Assembly: GCF_001194135.2 (NCBI RefSeq)
Contig: NC_068984.1
Coordinates: 28,953,751 to 29,017,750 of the forward strand
Source: Octopus bimaculoides
Taxonomy: Eukaryota
Direction: 5' to 3'
Length of the DNA stretch: 64,000 bases
Shown: piece by piece, positions 37,099 through 50,311 of the stretch
How positions within the stretch are numbered: the stretch's first letter is position 1
How the letters are laid out: each line of letters opens with the position of its first letter
Notes under the pieces: generated by a model
What the model saw: only the letters and a program-made list of their open reading frames with translations
The model's database searches: none
What the model was told of the DNA's origin: nothing
Program-made: the position numbers and the translations under genes

Positions 37099-39194
37099 CT
37101 GAAAACAGTGGAATTCTTAGTTTAATATAATTCACAAATCAAATAAAACTACAATAATCTACAGCTACTTGTGAATTAAGCCGAAAATAGCCATAGACTC
37201 TTGGTTAAGTTAAAAAGCCAAAGTCAGGTGTAGTATGTGACTCCTAGTCAACCATAGTATCACATAACAGTTACTCCACTTCACAAATATATTCACAAGC
37301 ATGAACTTAAAAAAATATTAATATTACTGATTATTCCTTAAAGCTCTTTGAAGATGGGAGCCACAGTATATTACGTTGATTAATTCTACCACTTGGTCAT
37401 TGGGTGCTTTTAGTTAAGTCCACTCTCTTGTTAGCATTTTCATGCCAAGTATCTGGTTGGAGAATAACTTCTGCCCCTCTTTCAACTAGTCATAAGTGCT
37501 ATCCTTTCTCCTCTGATTAATACATTAAAAAAAAAAAATAAATAAATGACCATGAATTCAAAAACATTCTGAATTCTCAAGAATAGAAGGAAATTTTCTT
37601 GGCATTTTTTGTCATGCTGTCTTGTGTTTGCTACAATGAGTTAAGACTGCTCAACTGGAAGCCACATATTTCTGCCAAGACACTTTTGGAAAGAAAAGGG
37701 CAATACTGGCAAAATAGCTAACACTCAGTGACCTTACATTTAATTTAAACTCTTGGATTTTGCTGGTAGTGGGCAATATGACAGCCAGAAGCAGGATATT
37801 ACAGTCCAAAGCACTTCTTTAAAAATAGTTTCATTGTTTCTGTAACACATTCATATCTTTTATTTTTGGCAACTATCTGCACATGACCTCTAAAGTTCAG
37901 CTGGTGTATAAAAGAAATAGTGTAAAAGAGTGAAGTTAGATCAAGCTGGCTATTGAATGCAACACCTTGCAATAAGTGTATATTTGAGAACTTGATTATT
38001 CTTCATGGCAAATAACCAAATAAATAAGAGATCTGTTTTTGTTACCAATATTTATTTCTATTATTTTCTAGAAATTACATTAAAAGTAGTTATTTTATAA
38101 TATCTTTGCAGTTAAATATTGAAGTAAGGGAAACATTTTCAAGACCAAAGATTTAAGATAACTAAATAAATACTTGTTTCAAAGTTATGAAAGAAGAAAA
38201 TATTTCATATCACAATCATTATAATGATATAATCTAAATAAAAAGTTTGATAATGTTTATCAAAAAGAAAAACAAAAACTATGAAAATAGTTCACTATCA
38301 TCAGAGCCACTTAATTCCTTAAGTTGAACATATATGTAAATGTATATTCCACTAATTTCTTTTATCACTGATGATTACAAAGTATTTAAATTTTTGCTTA
38401 ATTCATAAGATGGTGATCAGTTTTTAATCTTCATTAAATAATTAAAGTTTAAAACATTTACAGATTTTTGACTTGAATTCATAATTGCAGAATATATAAA
38501 CTTGAATTTTGATGAGAAAATGTTTATCTCATTATTAGCATATACTGCTACTTACCCCAAAGGAAGATACTGAACTCTACTCAAGTCAATATAATTAGCC
38601 AGAAATTAAATAACAAGGGCAAGTGGACTGATGGCAGGTCACCAAAAGAGCTGTATAATTAATAGGTAATTAAGTGGTTTGCAGTTTTGAACCATGCCAA
38701 AGCAAAAATTACCTAAGGGATGATTGTGGTCAGTGAAGCTGTTGGAAAAAAGCCCAAGAGACCCCTAAAAAAGAACTACCAAAGCATGCATTAAAAAAAA
38801 AAAACACACAAAATTTAAAGTCTGTTCATGTCTGTAATATCTTTGTTAACTTCATCCACATTATATTCAGCATCTGTAAAGATAACAACTCTAGCATGCA
38901 TACTAAACCTATTTGATTCTTTTCACTGGAATCTACTCAGGTTTTCTTCAGGTGAATAAACAAGTCAAATGGCATTTAGATGTGTTTGTTGTGAGCTCAT
39001 TAATAAAAGCTTTGATTAAATTTAGAGTGAATCGTCTCTGTCTTTTCTCATTTTGGCCATTTTATTGACAGATTTATCAGAAGTATCTATGAAACAGAAC
39101 ATCTGAGAATAAGTAAATTTTATTCAAAAGATATGTATTTATAAGTAATAATAATGATGATAATGATGATGATGATACAAAATAATACAAGTAA

Positions 39195-39455
39195 TAATAA
39201 TAATACAAAAGATGCCATGACAATGTGGCAAGAATGATCCATTAGGAGCTCTGTGGATATTCACAGCCTACAAAGAGCAAAGATGTGGTATGAGCAATCT
39301 CCAGAAGGAGTTACTGCAAATGAGAATTGCAAAATCCTGTGGGATGCAATGATCCAGTGCAATCACCTGACCAGACATCAGAAACCAGATATTGTTGTGG
39401 TGGATAAAAAAAGAAAGAACATGTATGATAATCAACATAATATGCCCCGCTGACA
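39195..39455 (+). mobile_element. R4/Dong-like RLE fragment
   Basis: HDNVARMIH.ELCG..KMWYEQSPEGVTANENCKILWDAMIQCNH..KPDIVVVDKK. Confidence 0.8.
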
Positions 39456-40206
39456 AAAATGTTTCATTAATGGATTGGGTTGTGTTTCTTTTTGCACATG
39501 TGCATGCACACGTGTCATGCACGCACACAAAGAGAAAGAGAGATAAGTACAGGACAGGCAATCAGCAGTGAATAAAAGAAATGTTAGATGAAGTAGAGGA
39601 CTTAAGGACTAATTACTAATAAACAGAAGGAAATGTCATAAAAACTCTACAATTGCATAGATTGATTATAAAATGTCCATGATATTATTCTTTATTTCCC
39701 AGGTGTAGAAGGCTTAGAGATGATTGTGAAGTAGAACCAAAACATTAGAATGCTGACAGTAGAACACGGATCTCTCAAAAAACATACTATGCTTGTCTGA
39801 TGAAGATTTAAGAATTTAAGCTCAGAAGAAATCTATGTCACAAAAATCTTATTCCCATGGGATATTTGTGATATGCTTGATATCCATTAGTATTGCAAAT
39901 AGTAATGGATGGATATGTAATGAAAAAAATAAAAGGCATAAAATCAATTATCTTCTAATTACTGTTTGCAAAGACTTGAGATTAAATGCATCCTTTAGTG
40001 CATAAATAGATTTATTGAAGACATTACAATGGAACTTTAGATTAAAGAGCTTGAGTATTTTGAATGTAAAATAATAAAAAAAGAAATAGTGGATAGTTAT
40101 GTGATATTGTTAACGAATGGCAATGTCTTAAGACAGGTAGACAAATACTTAAGACAGCAATTTTAAAAGATAAAAGAAATTAGCTTTAAGTAAGCATTTG
40201 TAAATG

Positions 40207-40815
40207 AATTCTTTAGGATGTTGAAACTTGTGCTTAAATTCTTTAGGATGTTGAAACTTGTGCTTAAATTCTTTAGGATGTTGAAACTTGTGCTTAAATT
40301 CTTTAGGATGTTGAAACTTGTGCTTAAATTCTTTAGGATGTTGAAACTTGTGCTTAAATTCNNNNNNNNNNNNNNNNNNNNNNNNNNNNNNNNNNNNNNN
40401 NNNNNNNNNNNNNNNNNNNNNNNNNNNNNNNNNNNNNNNNNNNNNNNNNNNNNNNNNNNNNNNNNNNNNNNNNNNNNNNNNNNNNNNNNNNNNNNNNNNN
40501 NNNNNNNNNNNNNNNNNNNNNNNNNNNNNNNNNNNNNNNNNNNNNNNNNNNNNNNNNNNNNNNNTGTTGAAACTTGTGCTTAAATTCTTTAGGATGTTGA
40601 AACTTGTGCTTAAATTCTTTAGGATGTTGAAACTTGTGCTTAAATTCTTTAGGATGTTGAAACTTGTGCTTAAATTCTTTAGGATGTTGAAACTTGTGCT
40701 TAAATTCCTTAGGATGTTGAAACTTGTGCTTAAATTCTTTAGGATGTTGAAACTTGTGCTTAAATTCCTTAGGATGTTGAAACTTGTGCTTAAATTCTTT
40801 AGAATGTTGAAACTT
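40207..40815. repeat. 30-bp minisatellite (AAATTCTTTAGGATGTTGAAACTTGTGCTT)n, interrupted by a gap
   Basis: About 13 visible near-identical units on the two sides of N-run 40362-40564; two units carry T>C, and the terminal unit is degenerate. Confidence 0.97.
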
Positions 40816-40999
40816 ATTCTTTTGTAAGCCTAGTACTTATTTTATCGGCCTCTTTTGCTAAACCACTAAGTTACAGGGACATAAACACAACAGCATCGGT
40901 TGTCAAGCGATGTCATGGGGGGGGGGCAAACACAGACATACAAACATATACACACATACATATATATGATGGGCTACTTTCAGTTTCCGTCTACTATTA

Positions 41000-41495
41000 T
41001 ACTACTGGTATCATGTCCACCCTCTTCATTGCCCACAACCTGAGTATTTCCCATTTCAAATCGTAATAGCTGTATAATTTCTCTTCTTTCTCTTTGATCC
41101 TGTTGTCACTGGGATATGCTATGTCAATCATCCTGCAAGTATTTTTTTTTTTTTGTCCAGCACAAAATGTGTTACAGTATGACTGAAAGCTTCGGAAGAG
41201 GAAGTAGCAAAATATCTTCATGTAATAGAACAAAGACATTTAAATGGATAGGGTTTTTCTAAGGATGTTGGCTGTACTTGTCAGTACAATCTTTTGGATT
41301 TCTCTGAGACATGGTTCTCCTGGGATCCTATCTAGATGGTTCTGACATCCCTTTTGTATCATACCTAGAGCACCTACAATAACAGGAACAGTTCTCATTT
41401 TAAGATGCCACATCTTTTGTATTTCAATTTTCAGGTCCTTATATTTACTTAGTTTGTCAAATTCCTTGACAGATATATTTTTATCAGTAGGAACA
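41000..41495 (-). mobile_element. Two tandem R4/Dong-like RLE 3' fragments
   Basis: SVPTDKNISVKEFDKLSKYKDLKIEIQKMWHLKMRTVPVIVGALGMI..LTSTANILRKTLSI* (41240-41495) and DIAYPSDNRIKEKEEKL..YDLKWEILRLW (about 41000-41160). Confidence 0.85.
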
Positions 41496-43559
41496 CTTAC
41501 AGATGGCTGGATGGATGGCCAGATAGACAAGCAGGAAGGCAGACAGAAAGAAGTATATATATATATAAGAACTGAACATTTACTGAGAATATGACTCACT
41601 ACTTAGAGCAAAGCCAAAATGATTGCGAAGGTCAAGTTGGTTATGACATTTAGTTTAGTCTATCACCTTGTTCACTCAGTGAAAGAATCCTTCTCTACAA
41701 GTTTCATATAAAGGATGGAAAGCTGCATTAAAGGAATGGGGTATACCTGATGTGTTTCACAATTTGTTGATTTCTATGAAAGAAAATACCTTTATAAATA
41801 ATCAGACATACTGAGGTTTAGGGAGATTTGCTAATTAAAATTGTTTTACCTTCTGTAAATGCAGCAGTAACTCTCTGCCACAATGCATAACTTTATCAAG
41901 CAATTATTCATCAAGAACAGGGACGAATTTAATCAATTATACCCTCTCCTGGCCTGATATCAATGTTAGGAATAATTATTATTATAAATCATCATAAATA
42001 AGCTAATAAAGTATACAGAAGTATTAGCATTCTCAGTTAAATGCCTTCACTGTTCATTTGGTGTCTGGTTCCTGTATTTTCAGTATTTCTGTATTCTTGT
42101 TCTTTCAGAACAAAACGAAAAGTACCGCTAATATACTAAGTCAATTATTTTGACTGTCTATTTCCAAAACTGGCTGCGTTTCTGAAGAAGAAATCACTAT
42201 TATTACTAAACTGATCAAAACAATTCCAAGCTGAAAATGAACCCCCAAGCTTCATTGAAAAGAAATTCATGCCAAAGAAATAGTTATAAAACTGAAAATG
42301 CTATGGTAGTTTTACTGTCTTCATTTATTCAATAATACTGGCTGCTAAACTTGTAAAGATTCCCAGGAGTTGCAATCTGAAGCATAAGAACATTAAATGT
42401 TCAGTGGTGACATTTCGCACATGAAGGTTTATGTTGTTGTGTGAGTTTGGTGTCAGTGTATGTATGCACATGTCTTTAGTATCAATTCAAATCTGCAGAG
42501 AATTATTGTAATCAAAGTAGCATTCCTTATGAAAGTCAACTAATAGTTTTTATGTTAGAAGAAAATTGTCACATTTTCAGAACTACATCTAAAACATATA
42601 TGTGCACATTATTACTTTATGAGCAGTATAGAAATGACTTTGTACTGTGAAATTAAGATCATAAATATAGATAAGAACTTAAATGTGATAAGTAAGGAAA
42701 TCACCATGTGAATATCTACTTTACATAATCCTTATATAAACTGTTGTAGATTCATGACATTTTTATATATACTAAGTTTTGCGCACATTTAATATACACA
42801 TACACAAAGGCACACATAGGCATAAAAAGTACTATCATTTTCTGTTGAAGTAACTTAGAATACTTATCCAATGATTATGAGTTAACTTTACATAACTTCC
42901 TTTTATCATACTAACTGGAAATGAGTACCAAACATTTTAGTGTATTTTTTTCTTTTTTTGCTTTTAGATTGGCATGGCTTCTTTGTAAGATAGAAATGAT
43001 GTAAAAACAATTATGGTTATGTCATTGTGACGAGAAGGAATTTGTTTATAGACACATCCTGAGACTCTTCCAACTCAACGAATTAGTCTGCAAAGATAGA
43101 TTTAATGAGTTGCCAAAAAAGTCCTAAAACATTTTTAATTTACACTTACTAAAAAAATTACAATGCAATATTTTAAATCAAATTTGTTAGAAAAAACTGT
43201 ACTGTAATGCAATGATAGCAATATTCTTCTTTATGCAAGTAGTTATATGTCAAGTACTATTTTGAGGGTGTTTCATGCAGAATAATAATTACAAAATATA
43301 AAATCTACTTTCAGGTGGTCACACAAAGACATTTCTCACCCTATAAAGCTCATTATTGTGGGCCATGTTGTATACTCTCAACACAACTTTCACTTTAAAA
43401 GGGTTTGACTGCACATGTGAAGAATCAATTCTGATCACTACTTTCACCTACAAAGAACTTCAGTTATTCTAAACCAAAGTCTTTGTTTTACATTCCTCTA
43501 AATATAACTGTTTTTACCACTTTTTGAACTCCTTCAATCACAAATAACTCATCAACCAT

Positions 43560-44060
43560 ATCTCATCCTGCATCAAGGACATTTAATTTAATTCCCCCCC
43601 CACCTCTGAAATCATTATCCACGGAGACTTCAATGTTCATGGACCTTCTTAACGCTGTCATTCTTCCCCCACTGACGCTGCTGGTGCAGAAGCTGAACTT
43701 TTTGCAACCTTATACTCTCAATCGCAATTAGCATCATCTTCTACAAGTATTTATGACTGACATACTCTCCAAAGATCCTTGATCTATTTTGCATCTCCAA
43801 ACCAAGTATCTACCAAACCCTCATTGTCTCTGCAGCTTTCATTTTGTCTAACCACTATCTATTTGTTGTTATCATATGATATGAACTTCATAGCACATGC
43901 ATACACTTCCCAAACCTTATGGTACAACAAATCAGCTAAGTAGCTGGGAATTCACAAGCCTCATTATAGCCATAACTGGTAGCAATTAGGCTTTATTCTT
44001 GACAATTCTGAAATATCTGAGTAGGTGAACAAAGCCAACAATCTTTCATTTGCACTTAAA
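43560..44060 (+). mobile_element. CR1/L2-like LINE AP-endonuclease relic
   Basis: IIHGDFNVH motif at about 43613, followed by degenerate EN-like sequence. Confidence 0.5.
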
Positions 44061-47000
44061 AAAAAAAAAACACTACTCACAACCCTAAATCACCCAAATA
44101 GTTTATATATAGTTGTGCTACAGTAGTAATGACAAAGAAATATGTCAACAAAGCCTAGAAAATATTATACTCACACCTACCAACGGGTAGCTTTTAGCCA
44201 CAACTACAATCCATGTAAGGCAACAATCTATGAAGTGAAAGATGTATCTATGCATTATACTGCCTGCAAGCTATATAATTATTGAATAACATTTCGAGTG
44301 AGATCGTTGCCAGTGCCCCTGGACTGGCTCTTGTGTGGGTGGCACATAAAATACACCATTGTGAGCGTGCCGTTGCCAGTACCGCCTGACTGGCCTTCGT
44401 GCCGGTGGCACGTAAAAGCACCCACTACACTCTCTGAGTTGTTGGTGTTACGAAGGGCATCCAGCTGTAGAAACTCTGCTAAATCAGATTGGAGCCTGGT
44501 GTAGCCATCTGGTTCACCAGTCCTCAGTCAAATCGTCCAACCCATGCTAGCATGGAAAGCGGACATTAAACGATGATGACGATGATGATTTGCAACAAAA
44601 TACAAAATGTACTTCACATTCTTAAATTTCTAACATTTATTACTTGAATTGAATAAGAGCCAATAGTGAACAACCAACCCAATAAGGTTCATAATAAAAT
44701 ATCAAAATACTGTTTAACCCAATAATCATTTCAAATAAAAAGAGATCAATTTCAATGCAAATGCAAAGAGCACTCAGCCAAACAGACAACTATCACTAAC
44801 TGATATGGCCAGCAATGGAGCCTTTAAGGTTGCTTGACGTGCTAAAACCACAACTAAATTTTTTTCCATATCACACTATCATTCTAAAAGAGTAGATACT
44901 CCTTAAAAAAATGGAATAGTCATAGGTCATCTCAGTCAGGGTTGACCTTCAACTAAATAACTTATATGGAAAAGTTTTCAACATTGCAACAATTAAAAGG
45001 ATAAAATAATGAACAGGTGTAATGACACACTAGTATAGATAAATAAAATATGCACCAAAAAGGGAGCTCAATGTTGCTACATAACCTGATAAAAAAATAA
45101 CAGTTAAATTTCCCTCAAATTACACCTCAGCTCTTTACCTAAGAACAGGACATATAAGGTAACACATACAAGAATACATGAAATGTGATATGCATGACAG
45201 ATCACACACACATAGCTTTTTCAATCACTTTCAAAAACTGCTCAGAGGACATTTATATTCACTAACATACAACTGCAAGGTTATTCAACCTCAAAGAGCT
45301 TAATATTAAATCATACACTTTAATATTCCTAAGAAGAGACCTCTTGTCTGATAACATACAATAGAAGAGATTTTAAAATTCTTATAGATACAATTTCATT
45401 TGCATGTAACATGTTAGACTTCTCAATAAATCTTTATAAAACTGCTATTGTTTATAAGCCTGACCCAGGAAAGCCTTGTGCAGATCCTCAAATAACAATA
45501 TCCATTCAAACTACGGAAAATGTATCTTCTTTTAAATATTTTGATAACATGTTAAATAAACAGTGATGTACATCAATAGAATTCAGATCTATCCAAATTC
45601 AATTGCTCCCTCTCAACCGGTATTTGTATTTGACTATTCCTCTCAGTTTCCAGTCACAGTACTTGAATAACAAGGGATTGCAATGGACTATTTGGTGTTT
45701 AGTTCAACTATCCTTTTACCCCTGTGTACTGCAACTCAACATTTTACTATTATCTCACTTCAGGCCACACATTGATATCTATCACATTATTTTACCACAA
45801 AGCATTTCTACAATTATCCATCACATGCTCTCTATGTTCCATCATCTCTTTCAGCAACTGTCTCTCCTTAAATACACACCAATGCATCTCTTCCAATAAT
45901 AAAATACTAGCACTCCTATATAACAGATCTTCATACTTAACTCACAGGTGGGTAAATTCCCGCCCATGGGCGCAATTTTTGCCCACAAGCCCATTTTATT
46001 TAGCCCATAGGCTGATATACACGTATGTATAAAATAAAGTAAACTTTTCAATTATAAAATTTATACAATATTGGTATGCCTATTTGCAACATAGGTTGCA
46101 TTTCCACTATGACTTAAAACAGTTAGACATGAACAGAAAATTGTCTAGTAATTGCCATATGAATGGAAATTTTGTTTTCACTATAAAACACACATTGCTA
46201 GGTTTGTACCACCCCCTTGAGACACAACTATACTCTAGCTGAAAAATATAGAAACCTCATAAGTAATATACAAATGTCTTAAATTCAGTGGCGGTGTTAA
46301 TGAAGGTGTTACGCATTAATCTAATGTGTTAAACTTATCTTTATTAATGCATATCGAATTATACATAGATATATACAAGACCTACACAGATATAAGCATT
46401 AGAACTTGTGACCCACCCACGGACCTTTTCCGTAGTAAATTTTTGCCCGCCGCACTAAAAAGCTTCCCCACTTCTGACTTAACTTTACAATGCTTATTTC
46501 CATACCATGTTAGTGCTTTTTTTTAAAAATAATTTTTATCTTTCTATCTTTTTATCTTCATCTTATTTATCCCTGGTCTGCTAAGTATTTGCAATGTATC
46601 CGAAATTCTTCTCACTATCATTGTTTAGATTATTTGGTTAGATTATTATGCTTCCTTAGATCCAGCCTGCATAGCCATTTTCTCTAACTCTTGATTTTAT
46701 GTCCGATTTTTATTTCTTGTGCCATTTAACTGATTCCATTAACTAACATCTTATAGTAAACTAACTCTCTATCAATTACGATAACCTTTTCCTTTCTTTC
46801 CTTTTGCTCTACCTTTCATTACAACACTTCCTCTACACTTCGTATCTTTCTACCCTTTTGAACTTACATATATTTATAAACACTGTTCTCTATAAAGCTG
46901 TTTGCCAGTGTCTTCTGATGAGGGTAATATCATTGAACTTCATTTCATCATTTACATAGTTACGGCAGTCAGTGATTACCTGAATCAGATGCAAAGATAA

Positions 47001-47190
47001 GGTTTGATTACACCACATAATTGTATATGCAACTCTCCATGTGAATACATTCCTTATGACTATTATTGTCTGCCTGTCTTTTCTGCTTCCATACATTCTT
47101 GAAGATTATTCTTGTGGCTGACTTTTTACCGCAGTGCTAACTACCCTTGATGAAAAAGATTTATTTCTATGATCTATGCTTACTTTAGCA

Positions 47191-47226
<36 letters not shown>

Positions 47227-47763
47227 NNNNNNNNNNNNNNNNNNNNNNNNNNNNNNNNNNNNNNNNNNNNNNNNNNNNNNNNNNNNNNNNNNNNNNNNNN
47301 NNNNNNNNNNNNNNNNNNNNNNNNNNNNNNNNNNNNNNNNNNNNNNNNNNNNNNNNNNNNNNNNNNNNNNNNNNNNNNNNNNNNNNNNNNNNNNNNNNNN
47401 NNNNNNNNNNNNNNNNNNNNNNNNNNNNNNNNNNNNNNNNNNNNNNNNNNNNNNNNNNNNNNNNNNNNNNNNNNNNNNNNNNNNNNNNNNNNNNNNNNNN
47501 NNNNNNNNNNNNNNNNNNNNNNNNNNNNNNNNNNNNNNNNNNNNNNNNNNNNNNNNNNNNNNNNNNNNNNNNNNNNNNNNNNNNNNNNNNNNNNNNNNNN
47601 NNNNNNNNNNNNNNNNNNNNNNNNNNNNNNNNNNNNNNNNNNNNNNNNNNNNNNNNNNNNNNNNNNNNNNNNNNNNNNNNNNNNNNNNNNNNNNNNNNNN
47701 NNNNNNNNNNNNNNNNNNNNNNNNNNNNNNNNNNNNNNNNNNNNNNNNNNNNNNNNNNNNNNN

Positions 47764-47814
<51 letters not shown>

Positions 47815-48688
47815 AATTGTAAGTATTATACATATCATCGTTGTCATTTAACATCTGCTTTCCATACTGGCATAGATTGGATGTTTTGACAGTCAACTGG
47901 TAAGCCGGGAGGCTGTACCAGGCTCCAATATGATTTGGCAAGGTTTCTACAGCTGGATTCCCTTCCTAATGCCAACCACTCCGAGAGTCTAGTGGGTGCT
48001 TTTTATATGGCACTGGCAAGGGAGCCAGTCAGGTGGCACTGGCATTAGCCATGCTCAAATGGTGCTTTTTATGTGCCACTGGCACAGGTGCAAGTCAGGC
48101 GGCATTGGCATCAGCCATACTCAAATGGTACGTTTTACATGCCACCAGCAAGGGTGCCAGTCAGGCTGCACTGGCATCAGCTACACTTTAATGGTGCTTT
48201 TTATGTGCCATGACTACAGTTTTACTTGTTTCAACAGCTCTTTGCAAGCATACCATATTGCCCAACGATTGAAGGGTACTTTTAAACAGTTATGCGACAC
48301 TGGCATTGGCCATGACTACGATCTCACTTGGTCTGACATTAGCCACAACTACAATCTCACTTTGGTGTATGTTGCTCTGTCAATAAAGAAATGATGTCAT
48401 CCCAATGTTCACTGTATATTCCAACCATGAACTATAAACTATAAAACCCTATTAGCACTGTATGTGTGTGTATATTAAAAACAGATGACCAATAAAACCT
48501 TACATAAAATAAAAATGTTGATGACTTGCTAATAGGGTTTTATAGTATATAGCTCATGGCAGGAACATGCAGTGATCATTTGGCACCATTTGATGACATC
48601 ATTTCTTCATAGTCAAATCAACATACACCAAAGCTGAAAGAATTAGAGGCACCATTCAAATGTAATTATTGTCTTATATACATATTTA

Positions 48689-48728
<40 letters not shown>

Positions 48729-48738
48729 NNNNNNNNNN

Positions 48739-48778
<40 letters not shown>

Positions 48779-50238
48779 ATGTAAAGCAAAGTTTCAAAAT
48801 ATTCTGGAACAGCATGTCTATTTTAAACCATATGGCAGTGTTAATCACTGCACAAAATACATACACGAGGTGTGCATATGTATATCATCAGAGGATAGCC
48901 AATAAATCTGTATACTGAACGAACACAACATGTGACACCAGGTGGTATTTAGTTTGCTGAGGAATATCCTGTTGTTAAACTTCATTTGATAAACAAAAGT
49001 TGCTAAAATAAGTACCATTCAAATTTCTGGTCAAAAGAATCAACTAAAAGCATTGAAGATGGTACCCTAACATTACTTCATTCCAGTGGCTGAAAGCAGT
49101 GAATGAATAAAAGAAAATACTCTTCCTGCTGTGAATTTGTATGTGTAACAATTGTGTTTATGTCTGTGTTAGGGAAATTCTATTTTTCCAAGAGAGTGAC
49201 TATGAAACACTTACATATTTTAATAACAATGAATGCTATAAAAATGATAATGATATTATCAATAAGTCTGTCTGCACTCAACTATTTCATTTTAAATATT
49301 CACCCTTATATTTAATTACAAATTATAGCCAGAGGACTTATCCAATAAGTTTATCTGTTTATCTGACATCTCATTGAGGGCCGAGAGAGAAAATAAAAAT
49401 AAAATGTACTTATCACAATCAAAATTGCATTAACTTTATATTCAAATATCAATTGTCACTAAAATTTTCATATTAACTATACTACATTGTACATATTAGA
49501 TGAACAGCTCTGAAATATATATCATTTAATTATCAACTTATATTTAAATAACATTTGATATTTTAACTGGGTAAGAAAATTGTGGTGGCACAGATGTGAA
49601 TATATTCAAAACAATAATATAATGTTCTAAATAGAAACTTTGGGTGATAATAAATTGTACATAAAATTGAATATCTATCTCCCTCACTCTCTCTACACAA
49701 ACGAATATATATATCCAGAGAGAGATAGAGAGAGAGGTGTGTGAAGTGTGCGTTTAGAAAAGAGAGGTAGTCAGAATTTGGGGTAATTATGTATTAGTAT
49801 TTTCCTCTCATTTATTTCTGAGATTCATCAGATATGAATTTTTAAAGAAAGTGCTATGCCTTTTATATACATCTGGAAGTGTCTGTTCTTTTGCTGTCTA
49901 TGTGTGTGTGTGTGTATTTGTATGTATGTGCATGCACGCCTGTATGGTGCAAGCATGTGTGTGTGTGTGTGATGAACCCTTGGAGGCCTGGCCAGAGGGA
50001 GAAAAATGGAAGAAGAAAGAAAGACTATATATATATATATATNNNNNNNNNNNNNNNNNNNNNNNNNNNNNNNNNNNNNNNNNNNNNNNNNNNNNNNNNN
50101 NNNNNNNNNNNNNNNNNNNNNNNNNNNNNNNNNNNNNNNNNNNNNNNNNNNNNNNNNNNNNNNNNNNNNNNNNNNNNNNNNNNNNNNNNNNNNNNNNNNN
50201 NNNNNNNNNNNNATATAGAGAGAGAGAGAGAGAGAGAT

Positions 50239-50311
<73 letters not shown>

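Noticed and set aside
40207-40815. CRISPR-like array
   Set aside because: Units are contiguous with no unique spacers, in a eukaryotic context; this is a minisatellite.
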